In this document: positions 32,442 to 41,936 of the stretch, one piece after another
Position numbering within the stretch: the stretch's first letter is position 1
Layout of the letters: every line of letters starts with the position of its first letter
Virus record (IMG/VR): IMGVR_UViG_3300024331_000004
Coordinates: 1 to 42,049 of that record
DNA length: 42,049 bases
Origin: a virus
Taxonomy: Duplodnaviria; Caudoviricetes
Strand: one strand, 5' to 3'
The notes under the pieces: generated by a model
Database searches by the model: none
Told to the model about the DNA's origin: nothing
What the model saw: only the letters and a program-made list of their open reading frames with translations
Made by a program: the position numbers and the translations under genes

Positions 32442-34025
32442 GTGGTTGACCGCACCGGCCAGAACGCGCTCTTCGCCTTCAGCGATGGCACGAACCGGCG
32501 GACCGCGCCCCCGGTTCCCACGGGCAGCACCTCGAGCACATGGCCTCGGCTCGCTGCGTATCTGCAGGGGTCGACGACATTCCCGATGTCGGCCACGGAG
32601 ATCGCGAACCGGGCGCTGAACGCCTGGCAGATCTGGATGAATCCGGTGGTCGGGCTCACCGCGGCCAGCTACTCGACCGCGATTGCGGCGGTGAAAGCAG
32701 CCAATCCCGGCACGGACATTTACGCCTACACCATCCCGCAGGAACTTCCCACGACCAAACCAGGTGGGGTCTATGGGACGCTCTGGCAGTTCGCTACCGA
32801 CGCCAATTTCTGGGCGCGCGGGAGCTGGCCCAGCAGTGCGCTGATCGACATGGGCGGCGGATTCTCGATGATGAACGAGTCCGTTCATCGCAGTTTCAAC
32901 GGCAAGACTTGGAACGTCCGCTACATCGATGCAGTGATCGGCGACATGGCGCTGCCGGTCAGTGGGGTGTTGACCGATGACACCTCGCCAAACGCCTTCA
33001 GCGGGTTCGACTGGAACGAGGACGGCATCACAGAGGGTGGGTCTTCGGCGAGCATGCAGAGCGCCTATATCGCCGGCATGCAGGCCCGGCATGACTATCT
33101 CGTCGCTCAAGGCAAGAAGTACGGCGAGAACGGCGCAATCGGTTGGTGGATCGATCACGTCAACGGTCAGAACTACATCAGCCAACTCTCGGGGATCTTC
33201 CATGCGCACGTCTACGAGATGCTGGCCGGCAATTACCGTATCGGAACCGCGACCTCGTTCGGTCGGGTGTTCTATGCACCCTCTCCGGGACAGATCCCGA
33301 ACCTGAATCAAGTGCTGACCTGGCCGGGCGGCGCCACGGTCAGTAGCGCTCCGCCGATCGGGACACTCCTGCAACTGCGGTTCGGTGGTTGGACGAAGGA
33401 TTTCGCGGGTACCAACATCTACACCAAGGGGGAACTCTCACTCAACTGTTGGCGGGCAGCCTTAGAGTGGGCAGCCAATCATCTTACCTCGATCGATCCG
33501 GATCACCTGTGCGTGCAGGTGTTGGGACCTGCTCCGGCTCGATTCAACAATCCAAACGGTACTACAGGTGCCTGGGCGTGGGCGGATCGACATGCACGAG
33601 CGGTCACGCTCTCAACGGCGATCTTTACCAACTTCTACGTCCACTACGTGGCGATGGAGCAAACGCCCTCGACCTTGGGAGTCCAGATCATCCTGGATGA
33701 GTTCCGGGTCAACTGGGGAACGCCCGTCACGACCAACTTGGGTCAACCTCAGTTCGGCATCAACTGGGGCTCTGGGGTCGGTAACGGCTGGCAGAATGGT
33801 GTCTACGTGCGTCAGTGGTCGAGTGCACTGGCCGTGTTTAATCCGGTGGGTAACGGACAGCAGACCATCACCTTGCCGCCGTCCCCAACGGGCAATTGGC
33901 GCCATATCCAACCCTCTGACTGGAGTGGGAGCGTTGCCCAGGCGACCGTCAACGACGGCACGACAGTCAACAGTGCAGCCTTCGTGATTGCTGAGCACGA
34001 TGCATACCTGTTGGTGGCCGCATGA
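32442..34025 (+). CDS. putative glycoside hydrolase (GHL15-like TIM barrel plus C-terminal beta domain)
   Basis: WPRLAAY start, VKAANPGT.I..Y, ILDEF.VNWG.P and NGVYVRQW..ALAVFNP.GNG.QTITL resemble the hypothetical GH family GHL15; start codon uncertain. Confidence 0.55.
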   Translation: MVDRTGQNALFAFSDGTNRRTAPPVPTGSTSSTWPRLAAYLQGSTTFPMSATEIANRALNAWQIWMNPVVGLTAASYSTAIAAVKAANPGTDIYAYTIPQELPTTKPGGVYGTLWQFATDANFWARGSWPSSALIDMGGGFSMMNESVHRSFNGKTWNVRYIDAVIGDMALPVSGVLTDDTSPNAFSGFDWNEDGITEGGSSASMQSAYIAGMQARHDYLVAQGKKYGENGAIGWWIDHVNGQNYISQLSGIFHAHVYEMLAGNYRIGTATSFGRVFYAPSPGQIPNLNQVLTWPGGATVSSAPPIGTLLQLRFGGWTKDFAGTNIYTKGELSLNCWRAALEWAANHLTSIDPDHLCVQVLGPAPARFNNPNGTTGAWAWADRHARAVTLSTAIFTNFYVHYVAMEQTPSTLGVQIILDEFRVNWGTPVTTNLGQPQFGINWGSGVGNGWQNGVYVRQWSSALAVFNPVGNGQQTITLPPSPTGNWRHIQPSDWSGSVAQATVNDGTTVNSAAFVIAEHDAYLLVAA

Positions 34026-36862
34026 GTATCAAGGCCGCACTCGTTCAATCTCGGGCCGCCACGAGCAAGACGGCGCCGAACAACACAGCGGATTTCACCG
34101 ACAGTTCATTCAGTGGTGATTGCAAGGCACGCATCTACTGGGGTGGGCAGACAACGACTGTCAACACCACGGGTGCTCATGTTGCGATCTCGCTCGGGAT
34201 GTCGGACGGCACCAACCAGGGGGTGACAAGTCAGTACGGCGTTGATGCGGCCAATCCGACGTCCTGGCATCGCACGATCGACATCACGCATGCCTGGGGA
34301 TCGGGAAGCAATTCAGGCAGTCCCTATTTCGTTTCGTCCGCGGTGGATTCGGCGCTCTCGAACGGCGGACGGCTGACACTTGATACGGCCTCGGGTGTCG
34401 GTGAGCTCATCAACGCATTGCTCTTAGGGGGCGCAGATGTGCAGGGCGCCTCGGTCTGCGGGGTCGATTTCACCTCGGGGAGTGTGGGCGAGACCCGTAC
34501 CGTCACGCACAACCTGACCGTCGGGGGGGTGTCGACGGCGCCGAACCTCATCCTGGCGTTCGATAGCGGCGGTCACGAGGCGGCGATTGCGGGATTCGGG
34601 TGTATTGCGCTCGGCGCCTGGGCGGCAGCCGGGACCGTAGCGTTGATCAACGGCCATACCAGCGGGGGCACGACCGAAAGCGGTTCAGGGATTCTCTCGT
34701 CGGCCCTCAGTTTCGGCTCGAGAGCGGGGGATTCGAATTGGGGCGGCACCATTGCCTCCGTCACGAGCACGACGTTCAACGCGATCTCGGATGCGGCGGC
34801 GGGCACCGACCGGGTGCAGTTCCTGTGCCTGAGCATCAATAACCTCGTGGTGGCCACGGGGATCGGCACTACGCCGACCAGCACCGGGACCACCTCCGTG
34901 ATCACGGGTATGAGCGCGCCGCCCCAGGTGGTCCTGTGGATGCCCTGGGCGGATACCCAGGCGGGGGCTGCGGGGTCCGGTTCGAACAACGCCATGTTCA
35001 ATTTTGGCGTCAGCGTCAACAACAACGGCACGATTCAGGAGACGTGCTCGTGCGCCTCGACCTCCATCGGGGGCAACGCCAACAAGCACCGGGTGGGAAG
35101 TGTGGGCATTCGGGTCGGGAGTACCACGGATGCGGATCTGATCGTCGGACACGTCAGCGCCTTCCAGGCGGGCGGTGTCGACGTCACCTGGACGGTGGTC
35201 CAAGGCACGGGGCGCAAGTTCGGCTATTTCGCGTTCGGGTCTTCAGCGAGCACAGCCGCTATCACGAACGTCAACACGACGAATATCGTGAAGGTCGGGG
35301 ATACCGGGATCGCGGTGAACGGCTCGGGCTTCGGAGCCTCTCAGGGTGCGGGAACGGTCACGATCACGGATGGCATCGTCACGGTGGCCCAAACGGTGAC
35401 GGGTTGGACCGCGACCGCGATCACGATCAGCATCGTTCAGGGCGGTCTCAAATACGGCAGTGCACTGACCCTCACCGTCACCACCAATACCGCGCAGGTG
35501 GCTGTCAAGACGATCACGCTGAATCCGGCGACGGGCCGTGCCTTCACCAATCTCGGAATCCTGCGACCGCTCCTCTTCGATGCGAACAACCTGCCTACGC
35601 GCTTCTATGATTCTCCGACGGATATCCCGAACAATTCCCAGATCGAATATCCGACGGCCCTGACGGTCAGCACGGACGGCACGGTCGTCTGGCCCAAAGC
35701 CACCACGAACGCGACGCACCGCTATAACACGCCGGGCTCTGGCGTCTGGACTACGTTAGCCAGCTGGGACCTTCGCGGTTTGCCGCCTACGGCCGTAGGG
35801 GCGATCGGCACGCTCAAGGGCGCGCAGGGTGTGGCGTTTAGCTTTGACGCCTCGGTGAATGTCCAGGAGACCGATGCCGACTCGGCCCCTCTCACCCACG
35901 CATTGCAGAGCGGGTCGCTGTTCGGGCTGAGCCTGGCGAGCTCCGGCACGATCAGTGGCACCCCCTCGAGCAACGGGACATCTGCTTGCGTGGACCGCAT
36001 CACGAACGCGGACGGCACCTACATCGATGTGCCGTTCAGCGTGACGGTGACCGCGGCGAACAACGTGACGTTCTCAGGACCCATCCCAGATCTCAATGTC
36101 GTGGTCGGGGCGGGAGTCTCGATCGATCCCGGTCCGTATTTCGGAAACGAATCCGCGTTTGTGCTCAATGGCACTCCTCCGAATGGTGTGACGCTCGGGA
36201 ATGCTGGGGTGTTGTCGGGGGTGCCGACCGGGATCGGTATTCCGCTCGGGCAGTCGCTGTCGTACCCGCTGTCTTACACCGGCTCCAATGGCGTGGGCAG
36301 CCCGATCGACTCGAACATCTTCAACATCAACGTGTTCAACCCCGCCATCTCGACCATCAACGGCATCTTGGTGGTGAAGAGCCCGTTGCTGCAGAACCAG
36401 GATCAGATCCAATTCCAAGGCGCAGACAACGTACTCCCGCTGCGTGCATTGCAGTATTGCCCGTTCTCCTCGGGAGACCCTGCAGGGGCGACCTATCACT
36501 TCTTCCGGCTGCACTCGTCCGCGCGAATTCTGCGCATGGACGTCATGAACGATGCCAACCCCAACGGCTCGCTCTACATCTGCGGTGTGGTCAAAGCCGG
36601 TACGACCAAACTCCCGGTGGTGGGGGCGGATAGCGTGCTGGTCTCCTCCTTCACCCTGGACACCGCACGCGTCCAATGGACGCCGCTGTATTACCCATCG
36701 ATTGCCGGGCACGCCCCGAGCATTGCCAACCTGGATAAGTACCTCTGGCAGCTCCTGGGCTTCAGCCGCGATCCAGGGGAGACATATGAGGTGACGGTGA
36801 CTGCAGTCGCTCCAGGAGGGGCGAGCGGCATCCTGGCGCTGTCCTGTGAGTACTCGCAGTGA
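34022..36862 (+). CDS. 946-aa multidomain virion protein: beta-rich N-terminus, IPT/TIG, putative Ig repeats, C-terminal cement-like domain
   Basis: I.VNGSGFGASQG.GTV.I....W....I is IPT/TIG-like; LSL.SSGTISGTP and VTL...GVLSGVP are putative-Ig-like; C-terminal TY.F.RL.S.ARI...ND and LWQLLG.S.DPG..Y.V. Confidence 0.7.
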   Translation: MSIKAALVQSRAATSKTAPNNTADFTDSSFSGDCKARIYWGGQTTTVNTTGAHVAISLGMSDGTNQGVTSQYGVDAANPTSWHRTIDITHAWGSGSNSGSPYFVSSAVDSALSNGGRLTLDTASGVGELINALLLGGADVQGASVCGVDFTSGSVGETRTVTHNLTVGGVSTAPNLILAFDSGGHEAAIAGFGCIALGAWAAAGTVALINGHTSGGTTESGSGILSSALSFGSRAGDSNWGGTIASVTSTTFNAISDAAAGTDRVQFLCLSINNLVVATGIGTTPTSTGTTSVITGMSAPPQVVLWMPWADTQAGAAGSGSNNAMFNFGVSVNNNGTIQETCSCASTSIGGNANKHRVGSVGIRVGSTTDADLIVGHVSAFQAGGVDVTWTVVQGTGRKFGYFAFGSSASTAAITNVNTTNIVKVGDTGIAVNGSGFGASQGAGTVTITDGIVTVAQTVTGWTATAITISIVQGGLKYGSALTLTVTTNTAQVAVKTITLNPATGRAFTNLGILRPLLFDANNLPTRFYDSPTDIPNNSQIEYPTALTVSTDGTVVWPKATTNATHRYNTPGSGVWTTLASWDLRGLPPTAVGAIGTLKGAQGVAFSFDASVNVQETDADSAPLTHALQSGSLFGLSLASSGTISGTPSSNGTSACVDRITNADGTYIDVPFSVTVTAANNVTFSGPIPDLNVVVGAGVSIDPGPYFGNESAFVLNGTPPNGVTLGNAGVLSGVPTGIGIPLGQSLSYPLSYTGSNGVGSPIDSNIFNINVFNPAISTINGILVVKSPLLQNQDQIQFQGADNVLPLRALQYCPFSSGDPAGATYHFFRLHSSARILRMDVMNDANPNGSLYICGVVKAGTTKLPVVGADSVLVSSFTLDTARVQWTPLYYPSIAGHAPSIANLDKYLWQLLGFSRDPGETYEVTVTAVAPGGASGILALSCEYSQ

Positions 36863-36896
36863 TTGCCAATAAATCCAATATTTAAATGGTCAAATA

Positions 36897-37241
36897 ATGG
36901 GCAAGCGCACAGGTAAACCCAGAGGCAGGCCGAGAGGCGCCAAGAATCAGCATACGCGTGAGCGTGCTCAGGAGATCGAGCACACCGCAGCCGAAATTGC
37001 GGCGGCTCTGGGTCTACAAGGGTTCGACGGCGATGCGCACGCCTTGCTCATGCTCGTTTACAAGAACGCGGAAGCGCCCATGGATTTGCGCCTCGATGCT
37101 GCCAAGGCGGCTATCGGGTACGAGAAGCCCAAGCTCTCCAGCGTCGATGCGAATCATTCGGGCGCGATCGGCCAATACACCGCTCAACCTGTTCCCGTGG
37201 AAGAGCGCGAACCCCACCCAAAATTGAATGGTCACGCTTGA
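36897..37241 (+). CDS. terS: terminase small subunit
   Basis: GRPRGAKN motif, R.DAAKAA..Y..PKLSSV; immediately upstream of terL. Confidence 0.75.
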   Translation: MGKRTGKPRGRPRGAKNQHTRERAQEIEHTAAEIAAALGLQGFDGDAHALLMLVYKNAEAPMDLRLDAAKAAIGYEKPKLSSVDANHSGAIGQYTAQPVPVEEREPHPKLNGHA

Positions 37242-38646
37242 ACCCTGGCGCGCACAACGTGGGCCGCAACTGGAAGCCATTCGCAAGCACTGGGTGGATG
37301 AGTTGTTCTATGGGGGGGCCGTTGCCGGCGGCAAAAGCGATTACCTCCTCGGCGACTTCGCTCAAGACGTCCCGCAGCCCTGGGGAGCGCACTGGCACGG
37401 CATCCTCTTCCGCAAGACCCATCCTCAACTCGAGGAACTCATCGCCCGCAGCCAAGTCATCTACCCGCCGTGGTTCCCAGGAGTTCAGTGGCAAGAGGGT
37501 AAGACAACCTGGGTTTGGCCCAACGGGGCGACGCTGAAAATGCGCCACCTCGAATCCACCACCGATTGGATGAACTACTGGGGGCATCAATACACCTGGA
37601 TCGGCTGGGATGAGTTGCCGTTGTGGCCGGATATGTCGGCCTATATCAAGCTCAAAGCCCGTCTGCGTAGCGCGTACGAGATCCCCAACAAGCGCATCCG
37701 CAGCTCCGGCAATCCGGGCGGTCCGGGACATGCGACCGTCAAGAAGTATTTCCGTATCGATGAATACCCTCTGGGTGGCGAGGTGTTTGAAGAGGGTGGC
37801 GCGACGCGTCTCTTTGTACGCGCGCGGCTCCGGGACAATCAAATTCTGCTCAAGGCAGATCGCGGCTACGAGGAGCGCCTCAAAGGATTGGGCTCACCTG
37901 AGTTGGTACGGGCGTGGTTGGAGGGTGATTGGAATGTCGTGGCTGGGGCGTTCTTCCCCGAGTTCAGCGACAAGCATCACATCATCAAACCCTTTGAGAT
38001 TCCGGATCATTGGACACGCATCCGCGGAGGAGATTGGGGCTCGGCCAAGCCATTCTGGATTGGATGGGCCGCTGTTAGCGATGGATCAATCGAACATGTT
38101 CCACGTGGAGCATTGGTCATTTATCGCGAATGGTATGGATGGAACGGCGAGCCCAATGTTGGGTGTCGCAAGACTGCCCAGGAAGTGGCAGAAGGCATCC
38201 GCGAGATGGAGCGCGGGGAGAAAATGTCCGATGAGGTGCTGGACCCAGCGGCATTCGCACGCGATGGCGGTCCCAGCATTGCCGAGAGGATGGATCTGAA
38301 CTGGCGGCGTGCAGATAACTCGCGAGTGGCTAAAGTTGGCGCAATGGGCGGTTGGGATCAGGTGCGTGCTCGCCTCAAGGGTGATGAGGACGGACCGCAG
38401 CTAGTGATCTTCTCCAACTGCCCGCATTTGATCCGTACATTGCCCGCCCTCCAGCATGACGTCAAAAAGCCGGAGGATGCTGACACCCAAGGCGAGGATC
38501 ATCCGCCGGACGGGCTGCGCTATATCTGCATGTCGCGTCCCTACATCCGTGACAAGCCCAAAGACCAGCCGCGCAAGTGGCCCACCGACATGACCATCAA
38601 TGAAATGATCAAACGACAGACAGCCAAGCGGCTGTCGGAGAGTTGA
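37228..38646 (+). CDS. terL: terminase large subunit
   Basis: Walker A YGGAVAGGKS, Walker B WIGWDE, NPGGPGH, nuclease DWGS..P and EDH..D.LRY motifs. Confidence 0.95.
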   Translation: MVTLEPWRAQRGPQLEAIRKHWVDELFYGGAVAGGKSDYLLGDFAQDVPQPWGAHWHGILFRKTHPQLEELIARSQVIYPPWFPGVQWQEGKTTWVWPNGATLKMRHLESTTDWMNYWGHQYTWIGWDELPLWPDMSAYIKLKARLRSAYEIPNKRIRSSGNPGGPGHATVKKYFRIDEYPLGGEVFEEGGATRLFVRARLRDNQILLKADRGYEERLKGLGSPELVRAWLEGDWNVVAGAFFPEFSDKHHIIKPFEIPDHWTRIRGGDWGSAKPFWIGWAAVSDGSIEHVPRGALVIYREWYGWNGEPNVGCRKTAQEVAEGIREMERGEKMSDEVLDPAAFARDGGPSIAERMDLNWRRADNSRVAKVGAMGGWDQVRARLKGDEDGPQLVIFSNCPHLIRTLPALQHDVKKPEDADTQGEDHPPDGLRYICMSRPYIRDKPKDQPRKWPTDMTINEMIKRQTAKRLSES

Positions 38647-38647
38647 T

Positions 38648-38776
38648 ATGACACGCTTTCCCGTGAACTCGGCTGGCCTCGTGCCCTTGGTGGCAGCCAG
38701 TCAGGCGATTGCGCCCTTCACCTACGAGAACGGACTGAAGCTCGATGCTCAGGGCCGGGTTGTGGTGGTCGGCTGA
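38648..38776 (+). CDS. small hypothetical protein (42 aa; not in ORF track)
   Basis: GGAG RBS; MTRFPVNSAG...YENGLKLDAQGRVVVVG; TGATG coupling. Confidence 0.55.
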   Translation: MTRFPVNSAGLVPLVAASQAIAPFTYENGLKLDAQGRVVVVG

Positions 38777-39735
38777 TGGTCTGGCAAGGGGGGTTGCAGT
38801 TCGACGCCAGCGGCAACCTCATGACCACAGGCGCGGGTACTCCTGCGATCGATGTGCAGGTATTTACAGCGGCAGGTGCTAACACCTGGACCAAGCCAGC
38901 CGGCACGCCGCTCGTGACACGCGTATTTGCCATTGGCGGCGGGGGCTCAGGGGGTGGAGGGATCGCGACGGCCAGCGGTACCACTAACTCAGGGGGCGGC
39001 GGCGGCGGTTCGGGCGCCACGGTCGATGAGACGTATCAGACCTCCCAGCTGGGTGCGACAGAGACTGTGACGATCGGGGCGGGAGCCACAGGGGCGGTTG
39101 CGGGAGCCTCCGGAACGGCAGGCGGCAGCACGACCTTTGGAGCGTGGTTCACCGCCTTCGGAGGGGGTGGAGGCAATGTGGGTGTCTCTGCAGGAGCCTC
39201 GGGCGGTGGTGGGTCCGGTACCTATACGACCGTGGGCTCGAATGCTTCGGGCGGCACAGGAGGCGCTGCAGATCCGGCCATATTCGGTTATGGCGCGGGC
39301 GGCTCTGGCGCCCAGGGCACAAGCGCCATGTTCGGTTCCGGTGGCGGTGGTGGGGTTGGGGCAGTCGCTGGCGCGGATGGCGGTACGTCCTATGCGGGCT
39401 CCAATGGCGGTGGTGCGGGCGGCGGCGTGACCGCAGGGCCTGTGGCCAAGAATGGCGGGGCAGGCGGGTATCACCGCTCTACGGGCAACGTCGGTAACGG
39501 GGGCGCCATTCAGACCGCGGGCGGCAATGCGGTCACTACCAACATTGGACTTCTGGAAGGGGCGCGTGGGGGCGGTGGTGGCGGCTCAACCACGACCTCG
39601 GGAACGGCCGGACGGGGCGGCAATGGCATTCGGGGCGGTGGCGGCGGTGGCGGCGGATCTGCCAACACCGGCGGCACGGCGGGTGCGGGCGGCAACGGTG
39701 GGGATGGCTACTGCGTCGTGGTCACTTACTACTGA
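38776..39735 (+). CDS. glycine-rich virion fibre-like protein
   Basis: QVFT..GANTWTKPAG, IGGGGSGGGG, TVTIGAG, AFGGGGG and GG.GGDG.C.V.TY motifs of the phage glycine-rich domain. Confidence 0.75.
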   Translation: MVWQGGLQFDASGNLMTTGAGTPAIDVQVFTAAGANTWTKPAGTPLVTRVFAIGGGGSGGGGIATASGTTNSGGGGGGSGATVDETYQTSQLGATETVTIGAGATGAVAGASGTAGGSTTFGAWFTAFGGGGGNVGVSAGASGGGGSGTYTTVGSNASGGTGGAADPAIFGYGAGGSGAQGTSAMFGSGGGGGVGAVAGADGGTSYAGSNGGGAGGGVTAGPVAKNGGAGGYHRSTGNVGNGGAIQTAGGNAVTTNIGLLEGARGGGGGGSTTTSGTAGRGGNGIRGGGGGGGGSANTGGTAGAGGNGGDGYCVVVTYY

Positions 39736-41936
39736 TGACTACGTCCTCACACTCTGCTCATACGTGGAAGAAGGAGCTGACGCTCGCGACCAAGCGCGAG
39801 AAGAACTGGTTTAAGGAGGCTGAGAAGGTCGTTGCGCGCTATCGGGGCGAGGAGCGCAAGAAGAACCGCTTCAACGTACTCTGGAGTAATACCGAGACGT
39901 TGAGACCGGCGATCTATAACTCTCGTCCGAATCCTGACGTGCGCAGACGTTTCCGCGATGCGGACCCGCTGGGCAAGGCTGTCTCAGAGGTCCTCGAACG
40001 CTCGCTCATGGTCATGATCGACTACGAGTGCACCGACCAGACGCTCAAGAACGACACCTTGGATGGCCTGCTCTGTGGGCGTGGTGTCTCGCGTATTCGC
40101 TATATCCCCTCGCTCAAGCAAGTGGGGGACAAAGCGAAGCTGCCCGGCGAGCGATCCGAACAAAGTGGGGGCAAGGATGACGATAACGACGAAATCGGAG
40201 TGCAGGCTGGGGAAGAGCAGGAGGAAGTCGAGTACGAGCAGGTGCTGCCCGAGCACGTGGACTGGCGCGACTTTCGTCACGGCTATGGCCGGGTGTGGGA
40301 TGAGGTGCCGTGGGTCGCCTTCCGGCACAAGCTCTCGCGCCCGGACGCACTGAAGAAGTTCAACGAACAGGATCTGCGGCAGGTCAAGTTTGCGGTTGCC
40401 GAGCAGGAGGAGCCCAAAGCGGTTGAGGGCGCACAGGAGACGGGCAAGGTCGCGGAGTTCTGGGAGTTCTGGGACAAGATTGACGAGCGGGTGTTCTTCA
40501 CACAGGAGGAGTGTGACGAGCTGATCTTCCCCAAGGACAACCCGGAGGGAACGCCGCCCATTGCGTTCTCAGGTTTCTTCCCGGTGCCCGAGCCGTTGAG
40601 GATCATCGAGGACACCGGTTCGTTGCTGCCGGTCATTCCCTTCAGCCTGTATCAGAACCAGGCGGACGAGCTCGACAAGATCAGCGCACGGATCGACAAG
40701 ACCGTCGCCGACATGCGCGCGCGGGCCATGTACGACTCGCAGCTGTCGGAACTGAACGATCTGATGACCGCCACGGATGGCGAGATGATCCCCATCCAGA
40801 ACGCCAAGGCGTGGTTGGACTCCGGGGGACTCGATAAGGCCATCTCGTGGTTCCCCATCGAGAAGCTAGTCGCAGTCCTGGAAGCGCTCTACGAGGCTCG
40901 GGACCGGCAAAAGGCGATCATCGATGAGTTGACCGGCATCAGCGACATCATTCGCGGTGCCACCGATCCGGACGAGACGCGCGGCGCGCAGGAGTTGAAG
41001 CAGACCAACTACTCGGTGCGTCTGTCGCGCATGCAAAAGGAAGTGCAGCGCTACGCCAAGGATCTGATCCGTCTGGCCGCGGATGCGATGTGCGCGAAGT
41101 TCGAGCCGGCCACGTTCGCTGAAATGACCGAGCTACAGTTCCCCACACAGCAGCAGAAGGCATTGGCCCAACAGCAGGCTCAAATGCCTCCGCAGCCCGG
41201 GCAGCCTCCGCCCCCTCCGAATCCCATGCTGCAAATGCCGACCTGGGAAGACGTCATTGGACTCATGCGCTCGACCGCGATGCGCCGCTTCAAGGTGGAC
41301 GTCGAGACTGATTCCACGATCGCCGCCACGCTGAGTTCCGACATGCAGGGGCTGACTCAAGTCATGGTCGGCATCTCCGAGATGCTGGAGAAGCTGGCAC
41401 CGATCATCCAATCAGGCGCTATGCCGATCGATGCTGCGAAAGAGCTGGTAATGGCGGTCATTCGCCGGGCTCGCATGGGCATGGCGGTGGAGGACGCGTT
41501 CGACAAGATGAAGGCGCCGAACCCTCCCGGACCGCCCGAGGCCGTCCAGGTCGCGCAGATCAAGGCGCAGACCGATCAGCAGGCCAACCAGCAGAAAGCG
41601 CAGCTGGATGCGCAGAAGACGCAGATCGAGCAGCAGGCCCAGACCGCCAATCGGCAGGCGGAACTGCAGATGGAAGCGCAGAAGGCTCAATTGGATGCGC
41701 AGATCGAGTTGCAGAAGGATGCGCAGGAGAAGCAGCACGAGTTGGCGCTCAAGCAACACGAGGCGGATCTCAAGCTGCGTGAGCTTGCCATGCAATTGGA
41801 GAACGAGCGGCTCATCGCCGATGCCAACAACCAAACCAAGGTGATGGTGGCGGAGATCGCGGCCAAGGCGTCCTTGGATGCCGCGGCGATGACGGCGGCG
41901 AATTACGAGAAGGAAGAGGAGGGGGTCGATGGTTAG
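39735..41936 (+). CDS. portal protein
   Basis: 733 aa; FN.LWSN.ETL.PA.Y...P.P.V.RRF.D.DP, FFP.P.PL and TGISDI.RG motifs; long C-terminal Gln-rich coiled coil like P22-type portals. Confidence 0.92.
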   Translation: MTTSSHSAHTWKKELTLATKREKNWFKEAEKVVARYRGEERKKNRFNVLWSNTETLRPAIYNSRPNPDVRRRFRDADPLGKAVSEVLERSLMVMIDYECTDQTLKNDTLDGLLCGRGVSRIRYIPSLKQVGDKAKLPGERSEQSGGKDDDNDEIGVQAGEEQEEVEYEQVLPEHVDWRDFRHGYGRVWDEVPWVAFRHKLSRPDALKKFNEQDLRQVKFAVAEQEEPKAVEGAQETGKVAEFWEFWDKIDERVFFTQEECDELIFPKDNPEGTPPIAFSGFFPVPEPLRIIEDTGSLLPVIPFSLYQNQADELDKISARIDKTVADMRARAMYDSQLSELNDLMTATDGEMIPIQNAKAWLDSGGLDKAISWFPIEKLVAVLEALYEARDRQKAIIDELTGISDIIRGATDPDETRGAQELKQTNYSVRLSRMQKEVQRYAKDLIRLAADAMCAKFEPATFAEMTELQFPTQQQKALAQQQAQMPPQPGQPPPPPNPMLQMPTWEDVIGLMRSTAMRRFKVDVETDSTIAATLSSDMQGLTQVMVGISEMLEKLAPIIQSGAMPIDAAKELVMAVIRRARMGMAVEDAFDKMKAPNPPGPPEAVQVAQIKAQTDQQANQQKAQLDAQKTQIEQQAQTANRQAELQMEAQKAQLDAQIELQKDAQEKQHELALKQHEADLKLRELAMQLENERLIADANNQTKVMVAEIAAKASLDAAAMTAANYEKEEEGVDG

